Part shown: positions 48,901 to 58,798 of the stretch, piece by piece | How positions within the stretch are numbered: position 1 is the stretch's first letter | Layout: each line of letters opens with the position of its first letter | IMG/VR virus record: IMGVR_UViG_3300048998_000202 | Length of the DNA stretch: 64,000 bases | DNA from: a virus | Taxonomy: Duplodnaviria; Caudoviricetes | Direction: 5' to 3' (one strand) | Translations under genes and position numbers: made by a program | Notes under the pieces: generated by a model | The model's input: the letters and a program-made list of their open reading frames with translations, nothing else | Told to the model about the DNA's origin: nothing | The model's database searches: none

Positions 48901-50084
48901 ACAGATGGACGCAGCGCGGATACAGGAAGAGACGGCGAGGGCTCTTCACCACGCGCAGATAGATGCGCTTAGGGCGTCCCATCACCGTCCTCCTGGTCGG
49001 GATCGAAGGTGCCGATCTGCTCCCACTGCCCGGTCGCCGGGTCGTGGTCCCAGGTCGTGTCTATGCCCTCGTTGGGGTCTTTCTCGGGCGGTTGCTCGGT
49101 CATGTCGTCATCCCATCAGAAGACGTCAGGTAACAGCGCTCCAGATCAGCACACCCACCACGATGTAGAAGCACAGCATGAGGATCGACCAGAAAACGAA
49201 CGGGTTGCTACGGGGCACAGCGGCCTCCTCGGCCTCAGTCGTGAGGAACAGCGGCCTCGTGGCCCGAGGCCACCCGTACCCTGCGCTCCGCCTCACGTAC
49301 GGCGGCCAGCAGGTGGGTGCGGCGCTCCCAGAAGTCGTCGATGACGGCCCGCTGCTCCTCTGAGCGCTGATCGACGGGAACGTCCAGGGCTCGCAGGACC
49401 GGGTCGTCCTTGGGGTTGTGGTGCTTGGTCTCCTCTATGAAGGAGAACCAGGCGGCACGGGCCTGGTCGCGCTGGTCCCACAGATTGATCAGGTCGGCCA
49501 CTACAGCGCCTCGTTGAGCTCGGGCATCAGCGTGCAGGCCACGGTTTCCCGCAGGTTGGGCCCTCGGCCACCGGTTCCGACGAGGTTGAGGACCACTCCT
49601 TCCAGGTCCACGCCCCACAGTTCCGCGATGCACACCATCCGGGCGGCGACCAGGAAGGCGGAGAGTTGCTCCTCCGACGCCCCCTGGAGTCGCAGATCGT
49701 CCATGGACGATTCCAGGGCCCTCGCCGAGACTTCTTCCAGATGGTCGTAGAGCGCTTGCTGGTCCGGACTCATCCCGAGGGGGATGCCGATCGGCTCGAT
49801 GACCATCTCCACCTGCATCGGCGTCCGAGGACGGACAGCACGCGGTGCACCGGGCTTACGGCTGCTTCCCATGATCAGAACCCCATTCCGTCGTAGCTTC
49901 CGTCTAGGTAACGACGGACGTGGGCCAGGGTGTGCACGTTCGCAGCGACCACCTGGTCCAGATACCCCAGGCAGTTCTCGATGCGCTTTTGAAGGATCTT
50001 GGTGTCCGGATCAGTGCTCTTGCGGACTAAGGCGATCAGGGCGAGCGCAAGCTCCTCGTCCGTCTGCTGAGCGGCCTCGGGCAT
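42982..50084 (-). other. cluster of ~20 small hypothetical early/middle genes (several Cys/His-rich, several membrane proteins)
   Basis: Coupled minus-strand ORFs, e.g. 43666-44748, 44748-45416, 45558-45746, 46198-46992, 47194-47811, 48115-48423 and 49501-49872. No recognisable family. Confidence 0.55.
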
Positions 50085-50254
50085 GCGGTCTCCTGGCGGG
50101 TGAGATTTTAAAAAGATGTGACTGGACTCTCCGACGGCTCTTGCGAGCCACGCACCCACATGGGGCTGGATATCTCTCGGGGTGGGAGCTTGCCTCCAGA
50201 TGTCCCGAGCCTTACCAGCGCCCATCCCATATCCAGTCTGGTGGGTCCCTAGCG

Positions 50255-50328
50255 CTCCTCCGGCAGGGTTCGAACCTGCGACCGTCGCCTTAACAGGGCG
50301 CTGCTCTGGCCAACTGAGCTACGGAGGA
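50255..50328 (-). tRNA. tRNA-Asn (GTT)
   Basis: Acceptor TCCTCCG/CGGAGGA, anticodon loop CTGTTAA and T-loop TTCGAAC. Confidence 0.92.
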
Positions 50329-50367
50329 CCGTGTGCCGGGATTGTGGCTCCCGGCGGGCCATTGAGG

Positions 50368-50973
50368 CTAGCGGATACCCGCCTGAGCGAGGGCCGCGAA
50401 GTACTTCGGCAGAGCGGCCTTGACGGCCTCGGCGACGTCGTTCTGGCCGAAGGAGGGGAACCGGCGGAAGTCGGTGACCCAGGCGTCGAAGTCAATGGGG
50501 GCGTAGTAGCCATCGGTCATCGAGCGGCCGTAGCCCACGTAGCCCCAGTACGCAGCCCGCTCGAACGTCTTGGGGCTGAAGACCTGGCCCAGCTCCTGGG
50601 CGATACCGTCGCGACTGACGAAGACGGTCCGCAGGCCCCGCGCCCTGGCGAAGTCCCAGGCGCCTTCCCGCGTGGTCTCACTCATTCCGGCCCAGTTCAT
50701 CGGGTGCGAGTTCTTGGGCTCGACCTCGGTGATCGTGACCGTGTTCTCGTCTTCGGCGACCCGGAAGGCCCGGTGCTCGTTCTTGCTGACCTCGCTCCAC
50801 GGGAGGTTGATGGCGACGGTGCTACCGAGGCCGTGCAGACTCACGTTGGCGGCCCAGGCGGTGGACTTGACGGTGATCGAGCCCTGGGTCGGCTGGGCCG
50901 AGTGGCCCTTCACCGCGTAGGAAACGGTCACGCGGGTACCGACGGGGAGCTGGGTGGTGGTCTGCTGCGCCAT
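50368..50973 (-). CDS. early hypothetical protein
   Basis: First gene behind the promoter/leader cassette at ~50977-51040. Confidence 0.6.
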   Translation of the reverse strand: MAQQTTTQLPVGTRVTVSYAVKGHSAQPTQGSITVKSTAWAANVSLHGLGSTVAINLPWSEVSKNEHRAFRVAEDENTVTITEVEPKNSHPMNWAGMSETTREGAWDFARARGLRTVFVSRDGIAQELGQVFSPKTFERAAYWGYVGYGRSMTDGYYAPIDFDAWVTDFRRFPSFGQNDVAEAVKAALPKYFAALAQAGIR

Positions 50974-51051
50974 GGTGGCCTCCAGAGGAGTCGTCGTGCT
51001 GACAGGGTCAACACTACTCCGGGAATCCTTGGAGCGTCAACCCCTTTGCCG

Positions 51052-51459
51052 TCACGCCTTCTTGATGTACACGGCATAGGCGGGTCCGGCGAACTCCACG
51101 AGATGCACGTGTCCGTTCCCCACGAAGTACTCCGGTGCCAGGAGGTACTTGGCCTCTACGCCCTTCACCGCACACGAGCTACCGTCCTTGGGAAACAACA
51201 GCTCCAGGATGATCTCGATCGGCACCTGCGGATACGGACCGGTGCACTTGTAGATGAACGCCCCCTTCGGGCACCCACAGGGCCCGTCGGCCATGGCGCA
51301 CTTCATCTTGGCCAGAAGCGTCAGGGTGCCCGAGGGCACCTTGTCGGCCCACGCCTGGACATACGCGAGAGCCACGGCCTTGGCGTCCAGCCCCTGCGAC
51401 TCGTAGGAGGCGTAGACGGTACTGATCGGGACGGTGATACCGCCGGACATGTTAGCCAC
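51052..51459 (-). CDS. early hypothetical protein
   Basis: Behind the promoter cassette at ~51463-51527. Confidence 0.55.
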   Translation of the reverse strand: MANMSGGITVPISTVYASYESQGLDAKAVALAYVQAWADKVPSGTLTLLAKMKCAMADGPCGCPKGAFIYKCTGPYPQVPIEIILELLFPKDGSSCAVKGVEAKYLLAPEYFVGNGHVHLVEFAGPAYAVYIKKA

Positions 51460-51531
51460 GAGGCCCTCCTGTGGAGTCGTCCTGCTGACAAAGTCAACAC
51501 TACTCTAGGAATCCTTGGAGAATCAAGCCCT

Positions 51532-51969
51532 TCAGGTGAGGGCCTCCAGGATGTCCACGATGGGATTGCGCCACTCGGGATCTACCAGCGCGGAGCGCAT
51601 CTGCCTCAGCAAACGCTCCATGGCCCGCTTGGCCAGCGCCACCAGTTTGGGCGTGGGCTCGTCCAGCTCGATGGTGTACCAGGTGTCCGTGGCCTCGTCG
51701 TGACCCTGCGCATAGGGGTTGTTGGTGAACTGCCCCTTGCCCGTCTTGCGGTCGGCCACGTAGGCGGCCGAAGCCACCGCCTCCTCGATCTCACCCGGAA
51801 ACTCGTACCGGGCGTCGAAGTCCGTTGCCGTGAACTTCAGCTCCAAGTACGCGCCCAGAGTGGCCGTCAGCAGGTCGGTGCGGGCCTGCGTGTCGGTGCA
51901 GTGCTCCACCGCCCCGGCGAAGTCGGCGGCGTGGTCGCTGTCGAACGGCCCGGTGCCCCAGCAGCCCAT
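51532..51969 (-). CDS. DUF4259 family protein
   Basis: N-terminal MGCWGTGPFDSDHAADF signature. Confidence 0.8.
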   Translation of the reverse strand: MGCWGTGPFDSDHAADFAGAVEHCTDTQARTDLLTATLGAYLELKFTATDFDARYEFPGEIEEAVASAAYVADRKTGKGQFTNNPYAQGHDEATDTWYTIELDEPTPKLVALAKRAMERLLRQMRSALVDPEWRNPIVDILEALT

Positions 51970-52319
51970 CAGAGGACGACCGTCTGGAAGGTCTCCACGG
52001 CGGTGTCGTGGACGCCCCAGTCACCGTTGCTGTCCGAGGAGACCAGGTACATCCCCACGACCCGGTCGGGGTTCTTCTGGGCGTCGCCCCAGGACAGGTC
52101 GATCCGGTGGATGGCCAGGTCCTTCTGGAAACCGATGATCCGGACGACGTGGCCCCCGTGGATCTCCGGGAACTCCACGCTGCCCTTGTTGTCGGCGTGG
52201 ATCGGGTACGGGAGCTGGGTGCCCACGTGACCGTCATCGGTGATCATGTCGATGCGCGGGGCGGGCTGAATCTTGAACATGGGCATGGATACTCCCTGGT
52301 CCGACGACTATCTCTGGCG

Positions 52320-52392
52320 TACCCCCGACCGGATTCGAACCGGCACCTCCGGATTGAGAATCCGACGGGACTGCCATTGCCTCCACAGGGGC
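52320..52392 (-). tRNA. tRNA-Glu (CTC)
   Basis: Anticodon loop TTCTCAA, T-arm GCCGG-TTCGAAT-CCGGT and acceptor GCCCCTG/CGGGGGT. Confidence 0.85.
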
Positions 52393-52429
52393 GTGGGGCG
52401 GGATCACGGCTCCCGCCGGGCCATCGTGC

Positions 52430-52750
52430 TCAGGCGTCGGGGTACAAGCAGAGCACCGTGCCGCAGTAGGGCTCCGCGAAGACACCCTGGGGGAAGTCTT
52501 CGGCGGCCGGAGTCTCCACGAGGGCGTCGGCCATCGCCGACAGGTCCTTGTCGATACCTCCCTGGGGGCTGCTGAGCGTCCACTCGAAGGGGCCGTCGTC
52601 CCAACAGATCGCCCAGTGCTGGCCGTCCCACGCTTCGACCAGCTTCGGAGCGTAGTCCTCGCCGTCCGCCTCGATATAGACCTTGTACTGGCCCTTGACG
52701 GCCTTCAGAGCCTGCTCGGCGAGTTCACGGGAGATCGGCTTGACCGTCAT
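52430..52750 (-). CDS. early hypothetical protein
   Basis: WAICWDDGPFEW..GVFAEPY pattern; behind a promoter cassette. Confidence 0.6.
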   Translation of the reverse strand: MTVKPISRELAEQALKAVKGQYKVYIEADGEDYAPKLVEAWDGQHWAICWDDGPFEWTLSSPQGGIDKDLSAMADALVETPAAEDFPQGVFAEPYCGTVLCLYPDA

Positions 52751-53012
52751 GAGGTCCTCCAGAGGAGTCGGTGTCGTGTTGACAAGGTCAACGCTACTAC
52801 AAGGATTGTTGGAGTGTCAACACCTATCCCTGAGGCTCCCAAGGGGCCGGGCCCAGTTTGGCCTTGGCCAGAAGGCAGAACGAAGCCGGGACAAGCAGAC
52901 CGGTCTCGATGTCACTGCACGTCTCACAGATCTCGGCCGGGATGGTGTGCCGGGAATCCCCCTCCGGCCGGTAGATGATCGGCGTGTGGTCGTCGGTGTT
53001 CACGATGGCTCC

Positions 53013-53420
53013 TCAGCAGGTCTCGAAGACGTCATGGGGTGCATAGATACCGCCGTGGGGGTTCTGGGGGTCGGTGGTCACCAGCAGGCACGTACCGTCC
53101 CCCTGAGGCTCCCAGTGGTCCACGGTGACCCAGGAGGACCACGGACGGCCCTCCACGGTGTCCTCCAGCTTGATGCGCGTACCCGGTGTGGCCCGGTAAG
53201 CGGTGGTGAGCTTCGCATAGCCCGCACCGGGCTCCCTGCGGCGCTCCACCGTCTTGGCCATGAGCCGTACCCCGCTCACCAGCCGGGTCCGGCGGAAGAA
53301 CTCCTGCCGGGCCCGGTCCAGGGCGCTGGGGACGAGATCGGCAGCTACCTCGAAGGACTCCTCGGTCAGCAGACGGCCGTTGAACGTCGTCGCGACAAGT
53401 CCGATGCGGTAGTACGCCAT
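53013..53420 (-). CDS. early hypothetical protein
   Basis: Behind the promoter cassette at ~53425-53487. Confidence 0.55.
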   Translation of the reverse strand: MAYYRIGLVATTFNGRLLTEESFEVAADLVPSALDRARQEFFRRTRLVSGVRLMAKTVERRREPGAGYAKLTTAYRATPGTRIKLEDTVEGRPWSSWVTVDHWEPQGDGTCLLVTTDPQNPHGGIYAPHDVFETC

Positions 53421-53534
53421 CAGGGCCTCCAGGGGAGTCAGGGAATTGACTCCATCAAGGCTACTCCAAGGATTCCTAGAGAGGCAAACACGACGCCCCC
53501 AGGAACTCCCCAGAGGCGTCGGCGTACGGCCGGG

Positions 53535-54350
53535 CTACCGCCGCTTGCCCTGGGGCTCGTTGCGGCGCCTGAGCGTCTTCTCGTAGTCCTCCAGGCGGGC
53601 CTTGGCGATGCGCGAGCGGTTCTTCGTCCGCAGCACGATGCCCTCGGCCCGGCCCAGACCGGTGTCGTCCAGGGCGACCTGGGTGGTCGGCAGAGCCTGC
53701 TCCAGCCACTCCTGCATGCGCTCCACGGACTGCGGCAGACCGGAGCCCTTCACGGTGCCCAGGCGGGGCGTGAGGCCCATCTTCAGAGCCTCGGCGGCAC
53801 GCAACATGGTGGCCTCGGTGGCGAACGTCTGACCGCCGTGGTCGCGCCAGGAGGCGATCTCCTCGCGGGGCTTGTCGAGCACGTCCAGCGGCACGAAGGC
53901 GACGTCGAACAGCCGGGCGCCCATCTCGGTGCCCTTGGTGTAGTTCTTGGCAGCGCCGCCGATCTTGGACCCATAGACCTCGAAGAAGAACACCTGGGCG
54001 TGCTTGGGGTACTGCGCCCCGTACACGGCCTGCCACTTGACGACGCGCTCGGCGTAAGGGATGGCCACGTGGGCGGCACCGTTGAGCGCGGTGGGCACGA
54101 TCCGGTCGCCCTTGGCGTAGATCAGCTCCTCGCGGATGCCGATGAAGTAGTCCCCATCGGGCAGCAGGACGATACGGAAGTTGGCGCCGTCCACCTTCTC
54201 GGTGAGCACCACGTCCTCGTCAGGATCGATCTCCGCGAACGGGCCGAGGTCCTCGGTCAGGGAACCCCGGTCGCCGAGCACGTGGTAGGTCTCAATCGAG
54301 GGGTACTTGGTGGCAGAGTTCAGCTCCACGAACTTGCTCAGATCGAACAT
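53535..54350 (-). CDS. ATP-dependent RNA ligase (Rnl2-like nucleotidyltransferase)
   Basis: Motifs I TEKVDGAN, III FFEVYG, IIIa LFDV, IV AEGIVLR and V IAK. Confidence 0.85.
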   Translation of the reverse strand: MFDLSKFVELNSATKYPSIETYHVLGDRGSLTEDLGPFAEIDPDEDVVLTEKVDGANFRIVLLPDGDYFIGIREELIYAKGDRIVPTALNGAAHVAIPYAERVVKWQAVYGAQYPKHAQVFFFEVYGSKIGGAAKNYTKGTEMGARLFDVAFVPLDVLDKPREEIASWRDHGGQTFATEATMLRAAEALKMGLTPRLGTVKGSGLPQSVERMQEWLEQALPTTQVALDDTGLGRAEGIVLRTKNRSRIAKARLEDYEKTLRRRNEPQGKRR

Positions 54351-55201
54351 GGTTCTCCTCGGCAGGATGAATGGCCCTCTCACCACCTCAAGCCCCGACT
54401 CCACGAAGGAGCGGGGCAGAGAGGGGAAGGGGATCAGACGCCGTCAGGCACGACGTGGAAGAAGTTGTGGTCCTCGTTGAGGTTCACCACGCGGTAGCCG
54501 CGCTCCTGAAGCATCTCCGCGATCAGGCGCACCTCGGGGCTCAGCGGACGCCCCTCCACCATGTTGCTGCGGGTGCCGTCGTCCTCCGTCCCGTCGTGGG
54601 CCCAGCAGATGAAGGCCACGGGCTTCATGTCCCACTTCGTCGGGCTGACGACCCAACCCCCATGTACCGGCATGTTGGCCCGCTTGTGCTCGGTGCCTTC
54701 GAAGAGCTGCCTCACGAGGCGGGAGATCGTCGGGAGGTGGGGGTTCTTCGCCATCGTGGTCTCCTGAGGAGTCGTCGTGCTGACAGAGTCAACTCTACTC
54801 CAGGAATCCTTGGAGATACAAGCCCTCAGGCCCCAGGATTTTAAAATCCTGGGGCCTGAGGGGTCCCGCGACGACTACTTGGTGTCGGGGATCGGACTGT
54901 CGTTGCCGTCGGAGTCCGGCATGTTCTCGATGCCCTGGACGATCTCGCCGATCTGGCGGAGATCCTCCGGCTCCAGCTCAGGCCACTCGTCTCCCGGCAT
55001 GTTCGGGGTCGCTCTCAGAAGTCATCATCCTCTCCGTGGAGAGAGCGCATGGCGTCGCCGTAGTGCTCCCAGTTGTCCACTCCGGCCGCCTCCAGGGCGG
55101 CCAACTTGCGCGAATCCGTACGGAGCTGCTTCAGCTCCTCGGCCGAGACCTCGACCGAAACGGATTCGTTGTCCTGCGGGGCCATAGGCCCTCCCGTCCA
55201 C

Positions 55202-55651
55202 TCAGACGCGGCCGTAGTGCCGCTGACCGCTGTACTCGCCGATAGGGGCGACGACGACCTTGTAACCCCGGTAGGAACCGGTGTTGGCGTTGACGATCTT
55301 GCCGCTGCCCACGTAGATGCCCACGTGGCTTATCGACTTCACGCCGCCGAAGAACACCAGGTCACCGGGCTTCATCTGCGAGTAGTAGATGTGGTGCACG
55401 TGGTTGAACTGGGCCTGCGCCGTACGCGAGAGGGTCTTGCCCACCGACTTGTACGAGTAGTACGTCAGGCCCGAGCAGTCGAACTTCGACGGGCCCGCAG
55501 CGCCGTACTGGTACGGCGAGCCCTGTTTGCTCTTGGCCACACTCAGGGCCCGGGACTCCAGACTCGTGGCCGCGCTGGCCTGAGGGGCCACGGCGATACC
55601 GCCTACGGTGGCCGCGAGAGCGGCTGCGATAACGGCTGCGGTCTTGTTCAC
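55202..55651 (-). CDS. secreted NlpC/P60 peptidoglycan endopeptidase
   Basis: Signal peptide plus GSPYQYGAAGPSKFDCSGL, PGDLVFF and HVGIYVG. Confidence 0.92.
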   Translation of the reverse strand: MNKTAAVIAAALAATVGGIAVAPQASAATSLESRALSVAKSKQGSPYQYGAAGPSKFDCSGLTYYSYKSVGKTLSRTAQAQFNHVHHIYYSQMKPGDLVFFGGVKSISHVGIYVGSGKIVNANTGSYRGYKVVVAPIGEYSGQRHYGRV

Positions 55652-55747
55652 GGGAAGCTCCTTGGTGCTCGAAGGTGCGGTCCCGGCAGTACACCGGGAC
55701 CGCAGCGTTCCTGAGGGCGTTCGGGAAGTTCTGTGAGACTGGTCTCG

Positions 55748-56317
55748 CTAGTTGTCGGTCTTCCAGGGGCCCTGAACGGCGATCTGCTCGCCCAGGTCGA
55801 GACGGCGCGTGTCTCCGTCGCGCCGGGTGTGGGTAACGATGACGGGGGTGATCCACTTCCCGTCGCGGTAGACCTGGTTCTCACCCTCGGAGAGGGTCAC
55901 GGCCGCGATGGTCCAGGCCGCCTCGTAGCCCTCACGCACCGGCCAGTACCGGTAGCCGGGGCGGAAGTCCTCGGCCGCGATGGTGTAGATCTTCGAGGCG
56001 GCCTCTTCCAGGGGGGTCTGGTCCTGGACCTCGTCGTCCTCGCCCTCATCCTCGTACGCAGCCTCCAGGGCCTCGGCGAGGATGTAGCGCCCAGCGGCGT
56101 GACGGGGACGCTCCAAGCCCAGGTGGGCCCATCCGGCCTCAGCGAGGTAGTGGCCGCGCGTCCCGTTGGGCATCTGGCCGTACCCGATCAACTTGCGGTC
56201 CATCAGCGCGGCGATGGTGCCCGTAGCGGCCTCCACGCCGTACAGCAGCCAGCCGCCGCCATCCTCGGCCATCTCGGCAAGCACCCGGTCCATCACCTTG
56301 CTGGTCTTGATCGCCAT
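55748..56317 (-). CDS. early hypothetical protein (wHTH-like N-terminus)
   Basis: TIAALMDRKLI..YLAEAG; behind a promoter cassette. Confidence 0.55.
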   Translation of the reverse strand: MAIKTSKVMDRVLAEMAEDGGGWLLYGVEAATGTIAALMDRKLIGYGQMPNGTRGHYLAEAGWAHLGLERPRHAAGRYILAEALEAAYEDEGEDDEVQDQTPLEEAASKIYTIAAEDFRPGYRYWPVREGYEAAWTIAAVTLSEGENQVYRDGKWITPVIVTHTRRDGDTRRLDLGEQIAVQGPWKTDN

Positions 56318-56973
56318 GCTGGCCTCCTGCGGAGTCGTCGTCCTGACAGAGTCAACGCTACTACAAGGATTGTTGGAGAGTCAACACGAACGCCCCCACC
56401 GGTTGCGGTGGAGGCGTTCGTGCAGGTCGCACTACGGCTTCGGGTCGCTGCCCCCATGACCGCCCTCGTTGTCCGGCCTCACCGGCTCGGGATACGACTG
56501 CGGAGGAGCCTCATCGGGAGAGTCGTCATGATCCTTGTCGTAGTCGCGTCCTCCATCGGACGCCGGGGTACCCGTCATCTCAGTGCCTCCTCGGCGCTTC
56601 CCCAGTCGAAGGGTGAGGATCGTCATGGCCGGGCAGAGTACCCGCCTGGGCCTCTTCCTCGCTCTGTTGGTCATCCACGATCGGCTCGTGTTCGTCGGAC
56701 ACTGGACTACTCCTTCGTCAACTACAGGCGGGACAGCGACTCGTATCGCCATCAGTGCAGGTGTGCCGGGGCTCGGGATTCGTCGGCGCTGGAGTCCTCG
56801 GCAACGGGAAGGGGATTATCTCGGCGTCATCGTCCTTGGGCTCTTCCCCAGACATGACCTCTCCCTAGTGATGCGGTAGAGGAGCCGTGACGGCCACGAG
56901 GACCGTCACGGCCATCAGCAGGCTCGCGAGAGCCAGCAGGAGCACATCGTGCACCACAGCGCGGACGCTGGGG

Positions 56974-57141
56974 TCAGACACGGCGGCGACGGAAACGAGG
57001 CGCCAAGTGGAACAGGGCATAGCCCACGGCCACAAAGGCGACGGCAGTGAAGAACATCCCGAGGCTGTTCATCCCACCCGTGTGCGCGAGGGTCGCTCCC
57101 CCACCAGCGACGGCAGTGCCGCCAGCAACGTTCTGGTACAT
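56974..57141 (-). CDS. 55-aa peptide consisting of a LAHTG sortase-type sorting signal, TM helix and Arg tail
   Basis: AGAAGGAG RBS; MYQNVAGGTAVAGGGATLAHTGGMNSLGMFFTAVAFVAVGYALFHLAPRFRRRRV. Below the ORF-track size cutoff. Confidence 0.7.
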   Translation of the reverse strand: MYQNVAGGTAVAGGGATLAHTGGMNSLGMFFTAVAFVAVGYALFHLAPRFRRRRV

Positions 57142-57156
57142 GGTAATGATCTCCTT

Positions 57157-58263
57157 CTAGGACCAGCGGATCTCGGTGCCCCGCAAGTGCCGGGCAAGCG
57201 AGGTGATGAAAACGGTCTGGCGAAACAGGTCGTACAGAAACTCCGGAATGAGCAGGGAGGCCACAAGAGCCCCTCTCCATCCAGCATTGCGAGCCGTAAA
57301 GGCCCTCTCGCAAGCAAAGAAAGCCATGAAGGCCATCCACAGGGGCTGGTTCATCAGATCGAACCTCTGCCACCCCACGGCGCAGGTCAGCAGGACGGCA
57401 TAGACCATCCACAGCGCAGTGAAAACGATATTGGCCCCAGAGATCCACTGGCGCAGAATCATCGGTCGGGTGATCGGCGTCCTGCCGTAGCGGCGAAGCT
57501 CTACCATGCCGCCCTGCACCCACCGAATGCGCTGGATCCACAAGCTCTTGATGGTCGGCATCATGTCCGTGATGCACCGGCAGTGAGGCGAGGCCACCGT
57601 CCGAAATCCGAGGGTCTTGATCGCTATGGTCAGCTCCATGTCTTCGCTGATCGACCCCGTGTTGTACATGGCCGGTCCACCAGGGAGCCGCTTCTGCGTA
57701 CGGGCCTGAATCACCGCTCGGATGACACGCACCGTTAGCACCTGCGCAGCGCCGGAGAGGTTCAGGGTCCGACCATTTCGACGATCAGTCATACGCGAAT
57801 AGCGCGCGTACTCATTGTGCTGGAGCTGCTCGACCACGCTCCACGTGGGTTCCGTATCGAAAGTCGGCCCTACCGCGTCGTAGTCACCCTTCAAGAGCCT
57901 TTCGGCATTCTCCAAGAAGGTGGGCGCCAACAAGGTATCGGCATCCGCCATGACCACGATGTCGCTCTCCTGGAGATACGGGAGCATCCACACCAACGGC
58001 TGGTTCACCGCGCCAGAACGCTTCTCGGTATTCCCCTTCGTAACGAAGACCGAAGCACCCGCATGACGAGCCAACTCCTCGGTGTCATCCGTGCAGTTGT
58101 CGGCAGACACCAAGATCACATCAGGGGTTCGCGTCTGCTTGTGAAGAGCCAGCACCGACTGCGCTATGTACTCGGCCTCGTTGTGCGCAGGAAGTATGAC
58201 CACCATGCGAGCAGGTCCTCCTCCCCCACCATGCAAGAGGGCAGGAACCCTCTCGATAGGCAT
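57157..58263 (-). CDS. family 2 processive glycosyltransferase
   Basis: ILPAHNE, ADNCTD, DADT, SEDMELT and QRIRW (D,D,D,QxxRW) motifs with C-terminal TM helices. Confidence 0.92.
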   Translation of the reverse strand: MPIERVPALLHGGGGGPARMVVILPAHNEAEYIAQSVLALHKQTRTPDVILVSADNCTDDTEELARHAGASVFVTKGNTEKRSGAVNQPLVWMLPYLQESDIVVMADADTLLAPTFLENAERLLKGDYDAVGPTFDTEPTWSVVEQLQHNEYARYSRMTDRRNGRTLNLSGAAQVLTVRVIRAVIQARTQKRLPGGPAMYNTGSISEDMELTIAIKTLGFRTVASPHCRCITDMMPTIKSLWIQRIRWVQGGMVELRRYGRTPITRPMILRQWISGANIVFTALWMVYAVLLTCAVGWQRFDLMNQPLWMAFMAFFACERAFTARNAGWRGALVASLLIPEFLYDLFRQTVFITSLARHLRGTEIRWS

Positions 58264-58574
58264 GGTCACGAGATCCTCCTGAAGAGTCGACTGGCAGGAC
58301 AGAGGGCGCCGGGGAGAACCCGACGCCCTTGATTCTGTCATCACCTTACTCCAAGGATCCTTGGAGTGTCAACTCAGGTGGAAATGCAGGTGATCATGTG
58401 CCACCACCGCGACGACGAAGGCCACTGCGAGGACCAAGGTGCCGAAGAAGCCGAAGAAGAAGGGGAGGAGGATCTCCAACTCCCAACGACGTACCAGCCC
58501 CCAAATGAAGGTCAGCACACAGACCACGATGAGCAGCGCCTCCAAGGAGCCGAAGACCCAGAGTATGGAGGACA

Positions 58575-58766
58575 TCAGGCGGCCACCGTGGCCATCGGCA
58601 GGAACTCGGTCCACGCCTGGGCCGAGAAGACCAGCACCGGCCCCCGACCCAGATCCTTGGTGTCACGGATCTGCACGGTCCCGTCTCCGCTGATGCGGGC
58701 CTCCACGCAGTTGTTGGCGCCCGTCGAGTACGAGGACGTGAACCAGTCCCCCGAGATCTCGTTCAT
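58575..58766 (-). CDS. DUF397 (BldB-like) protein
   Basis: WFTSSYS..NNCVEA..VQIRDTK..GPVLVFSAQAWTEFL. Confidence 0.9.
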   Translation of the reverse strand: MNEISGDWFTSSYSTGANNCVEARISGDGTVQIRDTKDLGRGPVLVFSAQAWTEFLPMATVAA

Positions 58767-58798
58767 GCTTCCTTCCTTCTTCGTGTCGGCCGTCGTCC

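Noticed and set aside
55655-55745. c-di-AMP riboswitch upstream of NlpC/P60
   Set aside because: Only a single GC hairpin is visible, and I could not find the conserved ydaO elements.
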